A stretch of DNA of 64,000 nucleotides from an uncultured bacterium. GTDB lineage: Bacteria; Cyanobacteriota; Vampirovibrionia; Gastranaerophilales; Gastranaerophilaceae. Positions within the stretch are counted from its first letter, which is position 1; the number at the start of each line of letters is the position of its first letter. The DNA is taken from assembly GCA_902780525.1 (NCBI GenBank), contig CACZFL010000006.1, positions 96,650-160,649 on the forward strand, read 5' to 3'. Both the position numbers and the translations under genes were made by a program. This document shows positions 27,183-36,233 of this stretch, piece after piece. Under the pieces are notes generated by a model. That model was given only the letters and a program-made list of their open reading frames with translations. It was not told the origin of the DNA and made no database searches.

Positions 27183-28019
27183 ATGGGTTATAAAATATTA
27201 TCAAAAACAGAATTATGTCCTAACCAGTATGAAATAACTGTTGACGCCCCTTATGTTGTGCGTAATGCACGTGCAGGGCAGTTTATTATTTTCAGAGCTG
27301 AAGAAAACGGAGAAAGAGTCCCGCTTACGATAGCTGATGTTGATAAAGAAACAGGTGCTCTTACTCTTGTATTTATGGCTGTCGGATATTCAACAAAAAA
27401 ACTTGCAGAGCTGAATGTCGGCGACGAGCTTGTTGATATAGTAGGTCCTCTGGGACAACCGACACATATCAAAAAATACGGTACGGTTGTTTGCCTTGCA
27501 GGCGGGTACGGTGCTGCTCCGTGTTATTTGATTGCCAAAGCATTCAAAGAAGCCGGCAACAAAGTTTATATGATAATGGGAGCAAGGAATAAAGATTTGA
27601 TTTTCTGGCAGGATAAGATGAAAAATGCCTGCACGGAATTGTTTATAACGACAGATGACGGAACTTTGGGTGAAAAAGGTTTTGTAACTCAGGTTCTTGA
27701 AAGAATTATTAACAATGAAAAAGTAGATTATGCAATAGCGGTTGGTCCTATGCCGATGATGAGAGCCGTTGCAAATCTTACAAAGGATAAAGGAATATAC
27801 ACTGAAGCAAGCATGAATCCGATTATGGTTGACGGAACAGGTATGTGTGGAGCTTGCCGTGTTACCGTTGGCGGAAAAACAAAATTTGCCTGTGTTGACG
27901 GTCCTGATTTTAATGCTCATGAAATTGATTTTGATGAGGTTATAAACCGAACCAAAATATACAAAGATCAGGAGCGCAAACGTGATGAGAATTGTAATTT
28001 GCTGAAAACAGCTAAGTAA
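27183..28019 (+). CDS. PyrK/NfnA/SudB-like FAD and 2Fe-2S oxidoreductase subunit
   Basis: 278 aa. Ferredoxin-reductase-type FAD/NAD fold and a C-terminal cluster motif GMCGACRV....KFACVDGP. Confidence 0.8.
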   Translation: MGYKILSKTELCPNQYEITVDAPYVVRNARAGQFIIFRAEENGERVPLTIADVDKETGALTLVFMAVGYSTKKLAELNVGDELVDIVGPLGQPTHIKKYGTVVCLAGGYGAAPCYLIAKAFKEAGNKVYMIMGARNKDLIFWQDKMKNACTELFITTDDGTLGEKGFVTQVLERIINNEKVDYAIAVGPMPMMRAVANLTKDKGIYTEASMNPIMVDGTGMCGACRVTVGGKTKFACVDGPDFNAHEIDFDEVINRTKIYKDQERKRDENCNLLKTAK

Positions 28020-28035
28020 TAAGGAGATATAACAG

Positions 28036-28227
28036 ATGGCATCAGATGAAAAAGCAATACCTTTATGTCCGCTTATGAGTGTGGGCTCTCAGGTTGAAAT
28101 TGTATGTATGCAGGAAAACTGTGCTTGGTATTTAAAAAATTATAAAATTTGTTCGGTATATATGATGGCTCATAACTCAATGCTGGACGTTCAGGCAAAG
28201 CAAAAAGCAAAACAGGCTCAAAATTAA
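28036..28227 (+). CDS. small Cys-containing hypothetical protein
   Basis: 63 aa. AAGGAG SD 9 nt upstream. Starts 16 nt after the preceding gene and is followed by a terminator. Confidence 0.5.
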   Translation: MASDEKAIPLCPLMSVGSQVEIVCMQENCAWYLKNYKICSVYMMAHNSMLDVQAKQKAKQAQN

Positions 28228-28235
28228 TTTTATAA

Positions 28236-28261
28236 AAGCCGGCTTATTGTACCGGCTTTTT
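28236..28261 (+). terminator. intrinsic terminator
   Basis: AAGCCGG, 9-nt loop, CCGGCTT, T run. Confidence 0.65.
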
Positions 28262-28301
28262 AAATGTTTACAGAAAATGTATTGTCGATAGAGGAGAATA
28301 A

Positions 28302-29579
28302 ATGAAAAATACTGTTGTCATTGGTGCTCAGTGGGGAGATGAAGGTAAAGCAAAAATTACTGATTTGCTGGCACAAAAAGCTGATTTAATAATAAGATAT
28401 CAGGGCGGATGCAACGCCGGTCATACTGTTGTAACAGGCGGACAGACATATAAATTTCACCTCATTCCATCAGGTATTTTGTATGATAAGACCATTTGTT
28501 TTATAGGTGCGGGAACTGTTATTCATCCCGAATCTTTTGAAAAAGAGTATAACGAACTCAAGGCTCAGGGGGTTGATTTTAAGAATCTGAAAATATCTCC
28601 GCTTGCGTCAATTACTATGCCGTATCATATAGAGATTGACGGATATAGTGAAAATACTGCAGGCAAAGGTAAAATTGGTACAACAAAAAGAGGTATTGGG
28701 CCGACTTACACAGATAAAATGCAAAGAATAGGGCTTAAAATCCAGGATTTATATTCTTATGAAGCATTGAGTGAAAAACTTGATATAATACTACCGATAA
28801 AGAATAAGCAGCTTGAAAAAGTGTACGGAATGGAACCATATACAAAAGATTGCATAATATCTTTGTGCGAAAAATATGCAGAGTTATTTAAACCGTACGT
28901 TGCTTTTGACTGGCAGGATTTATTAAACAGATATAAAGACAGAACAATTCTGTTTGAAGGTGCTCAGGGAGTTATGCTGGATGTTGATTATGGAACGTAC
29001 CCATTCGTAACAAGCTCTAACCCGATAGGCGGTGGTGCTGCAACAGGGAGCGGTTATGGTCCGTGTATGATACAGGAAGTTGTAGGTGTTTCAAAAGCTT
29101 ATGTAACACGTGTAGGCGAGGGCCCGTTTGTTACCGAACTTACTGACGAAACAGGGAAAAAGATTCAGGATATCGGACACGAGTTTGGTGTAACGACAGG
29201 CAGACCGAGAAGATGCGGCTGGTTTGATGCGGTTATAATGAAATACGCTGTTCTTGTAGGCGGTATTACAAATGTTGCTCTGACAAAAATCGATGTATTC
29301 GATACTTTCGATGAAATAAATGTTTGTACCGCATACAAAGATTGCAGAAATGACAAAGTTTACACTTCATATCCTACGGATGTGTTTATCCATAAGTATT
29401 TAGAACCTATTTATGAAACACTTCCGGGTTGGAAAACATCTCTGAGCGATATAAGAAAGTATGAAGATTTGCCTGAAAATGCAAAGAAATATATCGCAAG
29501 AGTAGAAGATCTTATTGGTGCTCCGATTGGTATAATATCAGTCGGACCTGACAGAGAACAGACAATATTTATAGATTAA
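28302..29579 (+). CDS. purA: adenylosuccinate synthetase
   Basis: 425 aa. GAQWGDEGKAK P-loop, GTTKRGIGP, and full-length resemblance to PurA. Confidence 0.97.
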   Translation: MKNTVVIGAQWGDEGKAKITDLLAQKADLIIRYQGGCNAGHTVVTGGQTYKFHLIPSGILYDKTICFIGAGTVIHPESFEKEYNELKAQGVDFKNLKISPLASITMPYHIEIDGYSENTAGKGKIGTTKRGIGPTYTDKMQRIGLKIQDLYSYEALSEKLDIILPIKNKQLEKVYGMEPYTKDCIISLCEKYAELFKPYVAFDWQDLLNRYKDRTILFEGAQGVMLDVDYGTYPFVTSSNPIGGGAATGSGYGPCMIQEVVGVSKAYVTRVGEGPFVTELTDETGKKIQDIGHEFGVTTGRPRRCGWFDAVIMKYAVLVGGITNVALTKIDVFDTFDEINVCTAYKDCRNDKVYTSYPTDVFIHKYLEPIYETLPGWKTSLSDIRKYEDLPENAKKYIARVEDLIGAPIGIISVGPDREQTIFID

Positions 29580-29590
29580 TGATTTTCATT

Positions 29591-29631
29591 AAAAAGCGGG
29601 CGGTTTAATAAATCAAACCGCCCGCTTTTTT
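29591..29631. terminator. bidirectional intrinsic terminator
   Basis: A5, GCGGGCGGTTT, 8-nt loop, AAACCGCCCGC, T6. Lies between convergent purA and the sugar transferase gene. Confidence 0.85.
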
Positions 29632-29638
29632 GTTAAAT

Positions 29639-30979
29639 CTATTTACCGCTGTAAGTTTTGCCTATAATAGCTTTCCCTACAAACTCAATAAAGATTGCAA
29701 TTTCCCACAAAAGATTTTGGTGTTTAATGAAGTACAAATCATATCCTACTCTTTGTTCCGGAGCTGGGTCGTTAATTTTTAGCTGCTGCCAGCCGCACCA
29801 GCCCGGACGAACCCAGTTTCTGCATTCCCAGAACGGTATGCTTTCTTTGTTCTCGTAATAGACTTCTTCCCTTACAGGGCGCGGACCTACTATACTCATA
29901 TCACCACGGAGAACGTTTATCATTTGTGGAATTTCGTCCAGATGGAATTTTCTTAAAATTTTACCAAACGGCATCATACGTAAATCATCTGTTGTTATTT
30001 CGTTTACATCATCATCAAAATCGTCTGCTATTTTATCTTGATACATTATTCTGAACTTAATCATCTTAAACGGTTTTCCGAATTTACCGATTCTTGTCTG
30101 TGTGAAGAATATCGGACCTAAATCGGAAAGCTTAATACCTATTGCTGCAATAATTGATATAGGTAACGTTATTAACAATATTGCGATTGAAGCAAAAATA
30201 TCACAAATCCTTTTAAGGTATGCATATAATAAAGCTCTTTTTCTTACACAATCGTAAAAAAGCCAGTTTACAGACATCTTTGAAACAAGAAATTTATGAG
30301 TTATTTTTTCATAAAATCTGTACATTCTCCAGACTTTTACACCTAAAGGAATACCCTTTACCAAATCTGTTAAAATATCCGAATCCATACGGGATTTAAC
30401 AGCTACGATAACGAGTTTTACGTTGTTATCTTTTATAACGGCTTCTGAGTCACAGGTTAGACCGAGAATATTTATTGATGAATCTTCGTCTTCAATATTA
30501 TTCATATTATCATCAAGGAAGCCTACAACATTAAGTTTAAGCTCAGGTCTTTGCTTAATCTCTTCGGCAATAAGTTTGCCGTCCTGACCTGCACCAACGA
30601 TTAAAACATTTTTTGTACGTTTTATGTATCTGGTGAATACTGTGTAACACATTCTTGTTAACATCATTATTAAGCAGATTACAATGGAGTTGAATATTAT
30701 AATCATATATAACAACTGGTCTGCACCTGTCAGAAACATTATAACCGACATTATTGCTCCGGAAACGGCTATCCCTTCAAACAGTGAGTAATAATCTTTA
30801 AATGTCGAAAAATTTTGTTTGTATATTTTCTTGGATATTACACAAGACAGAGTCAATGCCAATATAAATATAACAATCAATGCCAATTTCATAGTGCTGA
30901 TTTCAAAAGCGGAAAACATTGTGTAGTAAACAGCAGAAATAATAATGGCATCTAAAATTCCAAAAATGTAATTATTCAT
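29639..30979 (-). CDS. polyprenyl-phosphate glycosyl-1-phosphate transferase (bacterial sugar transferase family)
   Basis: 446 aa. N-terminal TM helices, a Rossmann-like linker, and a C-terminal domain with GPIFFTQTRIGKFGKPFKMIKFR and DEIPQMINVLRGDMSIVGPRP. Confidence 0.9.
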   Translation of the reverse strand: MNNYIFGILDAIIISAVYYTMFSAFEISTMKLALIVIFILALTLSCVISKKIYKQNFSTFKDYYSLFEGIAVSGAIMSVIMFLTGADQLLYMIIIFNSIVICLIMMLTRMCYTVFTRYIKRTKNVLIVGAGQDGKLIAEEIKQRPELKLNVVGFLDDNMNNIEDEDSSINILGLTCDSEAVIKDNNVKLVIVAVKSRMDSDILTDLVKGIPLGVKVWRMYRFYEKITHKFLVSKMSVNWLFYDCVRKRALLYAYLKRICDIFASIAILLITLPISIIAAIGIKLSDLGPIFFTQTRIGKFGKPFKMIKFRIMYQDKIADDFDDDVNEITTDDLRMMPFGKILRKFHLDEIPQMINVLRGDMSIVGPRPVREEVYYENKESIPFWECRNWVRPGWCGWQQLKINDPAPEQRVGYDLYFIKHQNLLWEIAIFIEFVGKAIIGKTYSGK

Positions 30980-31134
30980 TATTCAGGCTCCTGATAAAAC
31001 AAAGTTCAACCTTGTTAATTATACCACATTACGAGGAGTTTTGCATAAAAAATTTGATTCCGATTCCAAAATAAATTTACAATCTGTTTAAAAGAATTTA
31101 TAATAAAAACATATAATGGAGTTTAGGAGCAAAT

Positions 31135-32367
31135 ATGAATAATTTTGCAGATTTTTCAAAAGTAAAGATGGATGAAAATAATCCCAAATGGGAAAAAGCT
31201 ATATCTCGTGAGCAAGAATTATATAAAAGAGAAGGAGATCTTCGCACACCTTTTGAACGTGATGTTATGAGAATTATGCATTCAAAGGGATACAGAAGAC
31301 TTAAGCATAAAACCCAGGTATTCTTTGCTCCGCAGAATGACCACGTTTGTACAAGGATGGAACACGTACAGCTTGTTGCATCTGTTGCCGAAACAATTGC
31401 AAAATTTTTAAATCTGAATGACGCTCTGGTAAGAGCAATAGCACTAGGACACGATATCGGACATGCACCATTTGGGCACCATGGTGAAACGGTATTGCAG
31501 GAACTGGCAGAGGCAAATAATTTGCATTCTTTTTGGCACGAAAATAACAGTTTGAGGTTTATTGATAAAATAGAAACTTTGACGGACTATAACGGCAATC
31601 AGCAGAATATGAATCTTACTTATGCTGTTCGTGACGGTATAGTTTGTCATTGCGGTGAAGTTGATGAAAGATTTGTTAAACCCAGAGAAGATGCCTGTGA
31701 TTTATATTCAATACAAAAAGGCGGAAAATGCGGTGCAATGACTTATGAAGGCTGTGTCGTAAAAATTTCCGATAAAATAGGTTATATCGGACGTGATATA
31801 GAAGATGGCGTGTCATACGGGATTCTCGGGAAAGAACAAAAAGAAGAATTACTCAAGGTTGTGAGAACTGTCTATCCGGATATAAAAATTAATGAACTTA
31901 ATACTTCGTCATTTACACATTCACTGGTACTCAATCTTTGTTCCAACTCTTCGGTTGAAGACGGACTTTGTTTTTCTGAAGATTGTTTTCAGGTTCTGAA
32001 ACTTGTAAAACAGTTTAATTACAAATACATTTGTAACCATCCAAGAATAGAGAAGTTTAAACGATATGCAACGCTTATCATAGAAACGTTGTTTGAGCAG
32101 TTGGTAGAATATTTGAATGTTAATAATGTCAGAGATGTTATTGCCAAAGAAAAAATCCTGTATCCTAAACTTTATACCACATTTGAAGGCTGGCTGATTA
32201 AATATTCGGATTACAACCTGAAAGAAAAAGAAAACAGATGCTGTAAAAACAAACTTATCTATCATCTTGATGATGAGCAGGAATACAAAAACTGCGTACT
32301 TGATTTTATCTCAGGTATGAGCGATACGTTTGCAATTGATACGTTTAATGAAGTAATTACATTCTGA
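31135..32367 (+). CDS. dGTPase-like HD-domain triphosphohydrolase
   Basis: 410 aa. RTPFERDVMRIMHSKGYRRLKHKTQVF, and an HD motif in ALGHDIGHAPFGH. Confidence 0.85.
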   Translation: MNNFADFSKVKMDENNPKWEKAISREQELYKREGDLRTPFERDVMRIMHSKGYRRLKHKTQVFFAPQNDHVCTRMEHVQLVASVAETIAKFLNLNDALVRAIALGHDIGHAPFGHHGETVLQELAEANNLHSFWHENNSLRFIDKIETLTDYNGNQQNMNLTYAVRDGIVCHCGEVDERFVKPREDACDLYSIQKGGKCGAMTYEGCVVKISDKIGYIGRDIEDGVSYGILGKEQKEELLKVVRTVYPDIKINELNTSSFTHSLVLNLCSNSSVEDGLCFSEDCFQVLKLVKQFNYKYICNHPRIEKFKRYATLIIETLFEQLVEYLNVNNVRDVIAKEKILYPKLYTTFEGWLIKYSDYNLKEKENRCCKNKLIYHLDDEQEYKNCVLDFISGMSDTFAIDTFNEVITF

Positions 32368-32399
32368 TACCATTCATTGAGGTTTTACATATAAAAAAA

Positions 32400-32427
32400 G
32401 AAGACCATTATGGTCTTCTTTTTTTTT
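32400..32427 (+). terminator. intrinsic terminator after the dGTPase-like gene; part of repeat copy 1
   Basis: GAAGACCA-TTA-TGGTCTTC followed by T9 and preceded by A7. Confidence 0.8.
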
Positions 32428-32441
32428 CTTTATGGTACCCC

Positions 32442-32607
32442 TGTCTTGGATTTGCTCCACGCTCGAATAGTCTCGTTTTTAAACCTTACGGTTTAGTAAA
32501 CTCGATATTCTCGCTATCCGAACTAACTCGTCTAAATTGTTACTGCTCGTGTCGTTCGTCCGCAAATCCGCCAAGCAAATAATTGTTCGTTGAGTGCAAA
32601 AATAAAT
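32442..32607. other. unassigned non-coding segment between two copies of a terminator plus tRNA-3'-end repeat
   Basis: No ORF. Long-range pairing CTTGGATTTGC (32446-32456) with GCAAAT-CCG-CCAAG (about 32562-32575). An inner hairpin AAACC-TTAC-GGTTT. Six CTCG tetramers within 110 nt. Confidence 0.3.
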
Positions 32608-32633
32608 AAAAAAAGAAGACCACTAAGGTCTTC
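32608..32633 (-). terminator. intrinsic terminator after tRNA-Glu; part of repeat copy 2
   Basis: Minus strand reads GAAGACC-TTAGT-GGTCTTC followed by T7. Confidence 0.8.
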
Positions 32634-32646
32634 CTTTTTTTATTTA

Positions 32647-32722
32647 TGGTACCCCCAAGCGAATTCGAATCGCTGTCTACACCGTGAAAGGGTGTTGTCC
32701 TAGGCCTCTAGACGATGGGGGC
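32647..32722 (-). tRNA. tRNA-Glu (anticodon UUC), CCA encoded
   Basis: Minus strand GCCCCCATCGTCTAGAGGCCTAGGACAACACCCTTTCACGGTGTAGACAGCGATTCGAATTCGCTTGGGGGTACCA folds into a cloverleaf. The anticodon loop CTTTCAC gives TTC. T-loop is TTCGAAT. G1-U72 pair and A73 discriminator. Confidence 0.95.
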
Positions 32723-32738
32723 TTAACTGACAATACCT

Positions 32739-32766
32739 ATCATAACAAATCAATTTTTATTGTCAA
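32739..32766 (-). promoter_or_regulatory. sigma-70-type promoter candidate for tRNA-Glu
   Basis: Minus strand reads TTGACA-N16-TATGAT, ending about 16 nt upstream of the tRNA 5' end. Confidence 0.5.
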
Positions 32767-32862
32767 GCAACATTAATGCCTAATCTTACCTTTTTAAATA
32801 GTATTTGAAATGATACCGTATTAGTTTTAAAATAAAATTAATAAATAAGGATTAAGAAAATT

Positions 32863-33615
32863 ATGATTAACAGAAAATCTCGTGAAGAAATTAAACGTAT
32901 GCGCCATGCAGGGCATATAGTTGCACTTGTTCATAAAAAAATGAGAGAAGTTGTTGAACCCGGTATCTCAACTCTGGAACTTGATAATATTGCAATGCAG
33001 GTGATAAAAGAAAATAAAGCGATTCCGACATTTCTCGGATATAATGGTTTTCCTGCAAGCATCTGTACATCTATAAACGAAAAAGTCGTACACGGAATCC
33101 CAAGTGAAAAAGAAATACTTAAAGAAGGCGACATAATTGCAATAGATGTTGGTGCAACATATGGCGGTATGGTTGGTGACAGTGCCTGGTCTTATGCCGT
33201 TGGTAAAATCTCTGAAGAAAAACAAAAACTTATGAAAGCAACAGAAGAAGCACTTTTCGCAGGTATATCAAAAATGCGTCCGGGAAATGTTCTTGATGAC
33301 ATATCCGGTGCAGTAGAAGATGTTGCTATATCTTACGGCATGGGAATAGTCCGTAATTACGGCGGACACGGTGTCGGACACCAGATGCACGAAGACCCGT
33401 TCTTGTTTAATTACAGAGTAGGTGATAAAACCCCGATAAAACAGGGGTACGTAATTGCAATTGAACCAATGCTAAACCTCGGCTGCGATGATGTTTTTAC
33501 AGAAGAAGATAACTGGGGTGTGGTAACAAAAGACAGAATGCCCTCTGCTCACTTTGAGCACACAGTCCTTGCAACAGACGACGAACCAATTTTAATGACT
33601 ACTTTAATGGAATAA
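32863..33615 (+). CDS. map: type I methionine aminopeptidase
   Basis: 250 aa. Metal ligands in the conserved contexts D..A.D, GHG.G, EP and the EHT region. Confidence 0.96.
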   Translation: MINRKSREEIKRMRHAGHIVALVHKKMREVVEPGISTLELDNIAMQVIKENKAIPTFLGYNGFPASICTSINEKVVHGIPSEKEILKEGDIIAIDVGATYGGMVGDSAWSYAVGKISEEKQKLMKATEEALFAGISKMRPGNVLDDISGAVEDVAISYGMGIVRNYGGHGVGHQMHEDPFLFNYRVGDKTPIKQGYVIAIEPMLNLGCDDVFTEEDNWGVVTKDRMPSAHFEHTVLATDDEPILMTTLME

Positions 33616-33634
33616 GGTAAAGGTGTAAATATAA

Positions 33635-33670
33635 TAAAAAATAGGCACATTTTCTTGTGCCTGCTTTTTT
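33635..33670. terminator. bidirectional intrinsic terminator
   Basis: A run, AGGCACA, 6-nt loop, TGTGCCT, GC, T6. Lies between the convergent genes map and 33686-34234. Confidence 0.7.
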
Positions 33671-33685
33671 AATATATTAATTTTA

Positions 33686-34234
33686 TTAAAATAAATTACT
33701 AAAGAAATTTACTACTTTTTCACCAAATTTTTCTAAATCGCTTTTTGTATTTTCATGCAATTCTTTTTGTTCCTGAGCTTTTTTGTCTGCATTCTTTTGT
33801 TGTATTCTTTTGCTAACCTCTGCTTCCTGCCTGTCTACTTCTTTTTGAGAAGCTGCAAATTCCTCTTCGCTCATATATGGCACAATAGCTGTTTTATTTG
33901 CAAGTGCTTTAAACGGGTTCCCTCCATTTAATGCTTCTATAGATTTAGAAGAAGCTCCGTTATTTTTGTATTTTGCTGCTAATTCAGTTGTATTATTATA
34001 TATAAAATTATGGTTTTTCTGTATTGTAACAGTATTTGCTGAAGATTGTTTTATATTACTAAAATCAAAATTATACCCTGTTTCTTTTTTTACCAATGAT
34101 TTAAAAAGCTCAATCTCTTTGCCATCAATCATACCATTGTTGTTGCCGCCGTTTTTGGTATCTTGGTCAACTTTTTGTGCATAAGCTCTTAAATTACCTG
34201 TAAACATAGAATGTGTGTAACCAATTTCTGTCAT
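33686..34234 (-). CDS. hypothetical protein (orphan) with an EF-hand-like loop
   Basis: 182 aa. AAGGAG SD upstream. GGNNNGMIDGKE approximates a 12-residue Ca-binding loop. Lys/Glu/Gln-rich C-terminal half. Confidence 0.65.
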   Translation of the reverse strand: MTEIGYTHSMFTGNLRAYAQKVDQDTKNGGNNNGMIDGKEIELFKSLVKKETGYNFDFSNIKQSSANTVTIQKNHNFIYNNTTELAAKYKNNGASSKSIEALNGGNPFKALANKTAIVPYMSEEEFAASQKEVDRQEAEVSKRIQQKNADKKAQEQKELHENTKSDLEKFGEKVVNFFSNLF

Positions 34235-34271
34235 TAGTATTTCTCCTTATAAATATCCTCTATGTATATAT

Positions 34272-34319
34272 AAAGTATTTCACGAAGAAATAATTGACAT
34301 GTTTGTAAAGAAATGTAAC
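34272..34319 (-). promoter_or_regulatory. promoter module (TACTTT -10-like with ATATATA block) plus HLR1-like box
   Basis: Minus strand reads GTTACATT-TC-TTTACAAA (34319-34302), then ATGTCA-N17-TACTTTATATATAC (34300-34264). Confidence 0.45.
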
Positions 34320-34333
34320 AACGCTTTAAAAAA

Positions 34334-36175
34334 TTAGAGTCCCAATGACGGAGCAATAGAGATAAATGTTCTGACTAAATCTGCATCCCATTGTGAACCA
34401 GCCCCTTCTTCCAATATAGATACGGCTTTTTCAATACTCATGCCTTTTCTGTATGGACGATCGCTTGTGAGTGCGTGATAAGTATCTGCAATAGCGACAA
34501 TCTTTGCAGCAAGCGGAATATCTCCGTTTGAAAGACCTTCCGGATAACCTTTTCCGTCAATTCTTTCATGGTGGTATTTTACAATCGGGATTAAATCACG
34601 TAGCGAAGTGTTTGGCATAAGAACTTTTTCGGCACCAATGGTTGGGTGTTGTTTCATAATAACCCATTCTTCATCAGAAAGCGGGCCCTCTTTTTGAAGA
34701 ACGGTTTCTGGGATACCGATTTTTCCTACATCGTGAAGCAGTGCACCTAATCTTATGCGCTCAATTTCTGTTTCCGGCAGATTAATAGCTCTTGCAAGAG
34801 CTTCAGAGTACCTGGAAACACAAGTCGAGTGGTCTTTTGTATATGGGTCTTTCGCATCAATTGCGCCTGCAAGTGAAGATGCGATTTCAAATATTCTGTT
34901 ACTTGGTATTGTTTCGTGGTCAAAATTAAATTTAGCTAAAAGCTCTTCTTCAAAGTTGACACCCAGCTGTGCGTGACGTTTACCGAGAACTTCTGCATAG
35001 GACTTGAGTGCTACATCATCCCAGAAGTTGAAGTCTGCAGAACTTATGATTGCGGACATACCGTCTTTGTATCCTCTTGCTTTAGAAATATACATTGCCT
35101 GTTCCGCAAGAATAAGTAATTTCTCTTTGTTATCTGCACATTTAGGATAAGAAGAAATACCAACTGATACCTTAACAGGTCCGACGTTATCAATATAGAA
35201 ACATGAAAGTGCATATGTCAGATATTCTGCAACGTATTTTGCCTGTTCTACGTTTGTGTTCGGAAGTATTATAGCGAGTTCGTCACCGCCGTATCTTGCA
35301 GCAATATCATTTTCTCTGACATTTTTACGAATACTTTCAGCAACAAGTTTTATTACTTCATCACCTTTTGCGTGTCCCAAATCTCTGTTAATTTTAGTAA
35401 TATTGCAGATGTCGAGCATTATTACCGATAAATTCTGTTTGGATGTTTCTGCCCTTGAAAGCTCATCTGATAAGAGTTCCTGGAAACATCTGTGGTTATA
35501 TAAAAGAGTTAAGTTATCCGTATTAACGTATTTGTCGCTTGTTTCTACCAGCTCCATGTTGTGTGTAACAAGAGCAACGCAATTTGCAATCATTGTATAA
35601 AGTCCGACATTTTGCCTTGCGTAATTGTCGGCAAAAATCATTACCCCTATACATTTATTAACTGATAGTAACGGTAATATAACAATAGGATTATTTTTAA
35701 AGTATGCAAGTTTTAAGAAAGATACATCATCTACAAAAAGCGGCTGCTGAGTGTTAAAAACCTGAATAATAGGGTTATCTTCGTCTTTCATGAAAACTTT
35801 TGTAGTATAGAAATTTCCGAGTTTATCCTGAAGTCTTAAATTTATGCAATTTGATTTTTCTCTGTAAACACCAACCGCACAGAATCCGGAATCTATGTTT
35901 TGAAGGATTATTCCATAAACTTTTGAATAAAAATCATATAAATTTTGAACAGGATACAGATTGTTCAATTCTTCAAGAACGAGTTTGTAATCCAGAGTCT
36001 TTCCTTTTTCTGTTGCAAAAGTTTTTGACCGTGGATTTGTAAGCGAATTTGACTTGTTTCCGTTGATTAATGAGTTAATTTTAGAAACAAGCTTCTTTGC
36101 CGATATAGGTGAAGTTACACCGGTTGTTGTTTCTGTATTGCTGTTGATGTTTGATATAATCTTTTCTTTATTCAC
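34334..36175 (-). CDS. GGDEF diguanylate-cyclase domain plus HD-GYP phosphodiesterase domain protein with N-terminal sensor (GAF-like) region
   Basis: 613 aa with an apparent GTG start. RYGGDELAIILP (GGDEL variant of GGDEF). The C-terminal HD-GYP signature is HDVGKIGIP....HHERIDGKGYP. Confidence 0.85.
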   Translation of the reverse strand: MNKEKIISNINSNTETTTGVTSPISAKKLVSKINSLINGNKSNSLTNPRSKTFATEKGKTLDYKLVLEELNNLYPVQNLYDFYSKVYGIILQNIDSGFCAVGVYREKSNCINLRLQDKLGNFYTTKVFMKDEDNPIIQVFNTQQPLFVDDVSFLKLAYFKNNPIVILPLLSVNKCIGVMIFADNYARQNVGLYTMIANCVALVTHNMELVETSDKYVNTDNLTLLYNHRCFQELLSDELSRAETSKQNLSVIMLDICNITKINRDLGHAKGDEVIKLVAESIRKNVRENDIAARYGGDELAIILPNTNVEQAKYVAEYLTYALSCFYIDNVGPVKVSVGISSYPKCADNKEKLLILAEQAMYISKARGYKDGMSAIISSADFNFWDDVALKSYAEVLGKRHAQLGVNFEEELLAKFNFDHETIPSNRIFEIASSLAGAIDAKDPYTKDHSTCVSRYSEALARAINLPETEIERIRLGALLHDVGKIGIPETVLQKEGPLSDEEWVIMKQHPTIGAEKVLMPNTSLRDLIPIVKYHHERIDGKGYPEGLSNGDIPLAAKIVAIADTYHALTSDRPYRKGMSIEKAVSILEEGAGSQWDADLVRTFISIAPSLGL

Positions 36176-36233
36176 AAACTACACCTTCATATACTATGTA
36201 TAAAAACAGTACAATTTTTAAAATTGTCTTTTT

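Noticed and set aside
27390-27920. 176-aa minus-strand ORF inside the NfnA/PyrK-like gene. Similar long antisense ORFs occur at 45968-46516 in aroE, 19331-19840 in the 722-aa gene, 6766-7158 in hydB, 31921-32265 in the dGTPase-like gene, and 49374-49721 and 49883-50242 around the 394-aa gene.
   Set aside because: They lie entirely opposite ORFs with clear family signatures or better coding character. Their products are low-complexity (Cys/Phe/Ile/Asn-rich) and have no SD. These are typical shadow ORFs of an AT-rich genome.
32441-32520. A second tRNA gene (or tRNA with intron) ending in GGGGTACCA on the minus strand.
   Set aside because: No complementary 5' acceptor strand (CCCCTG or G-U variants), D-arm or anticodon arm can be found upstream. 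Only the last 9 nt and the terminator are shared with tRNA-Glu.
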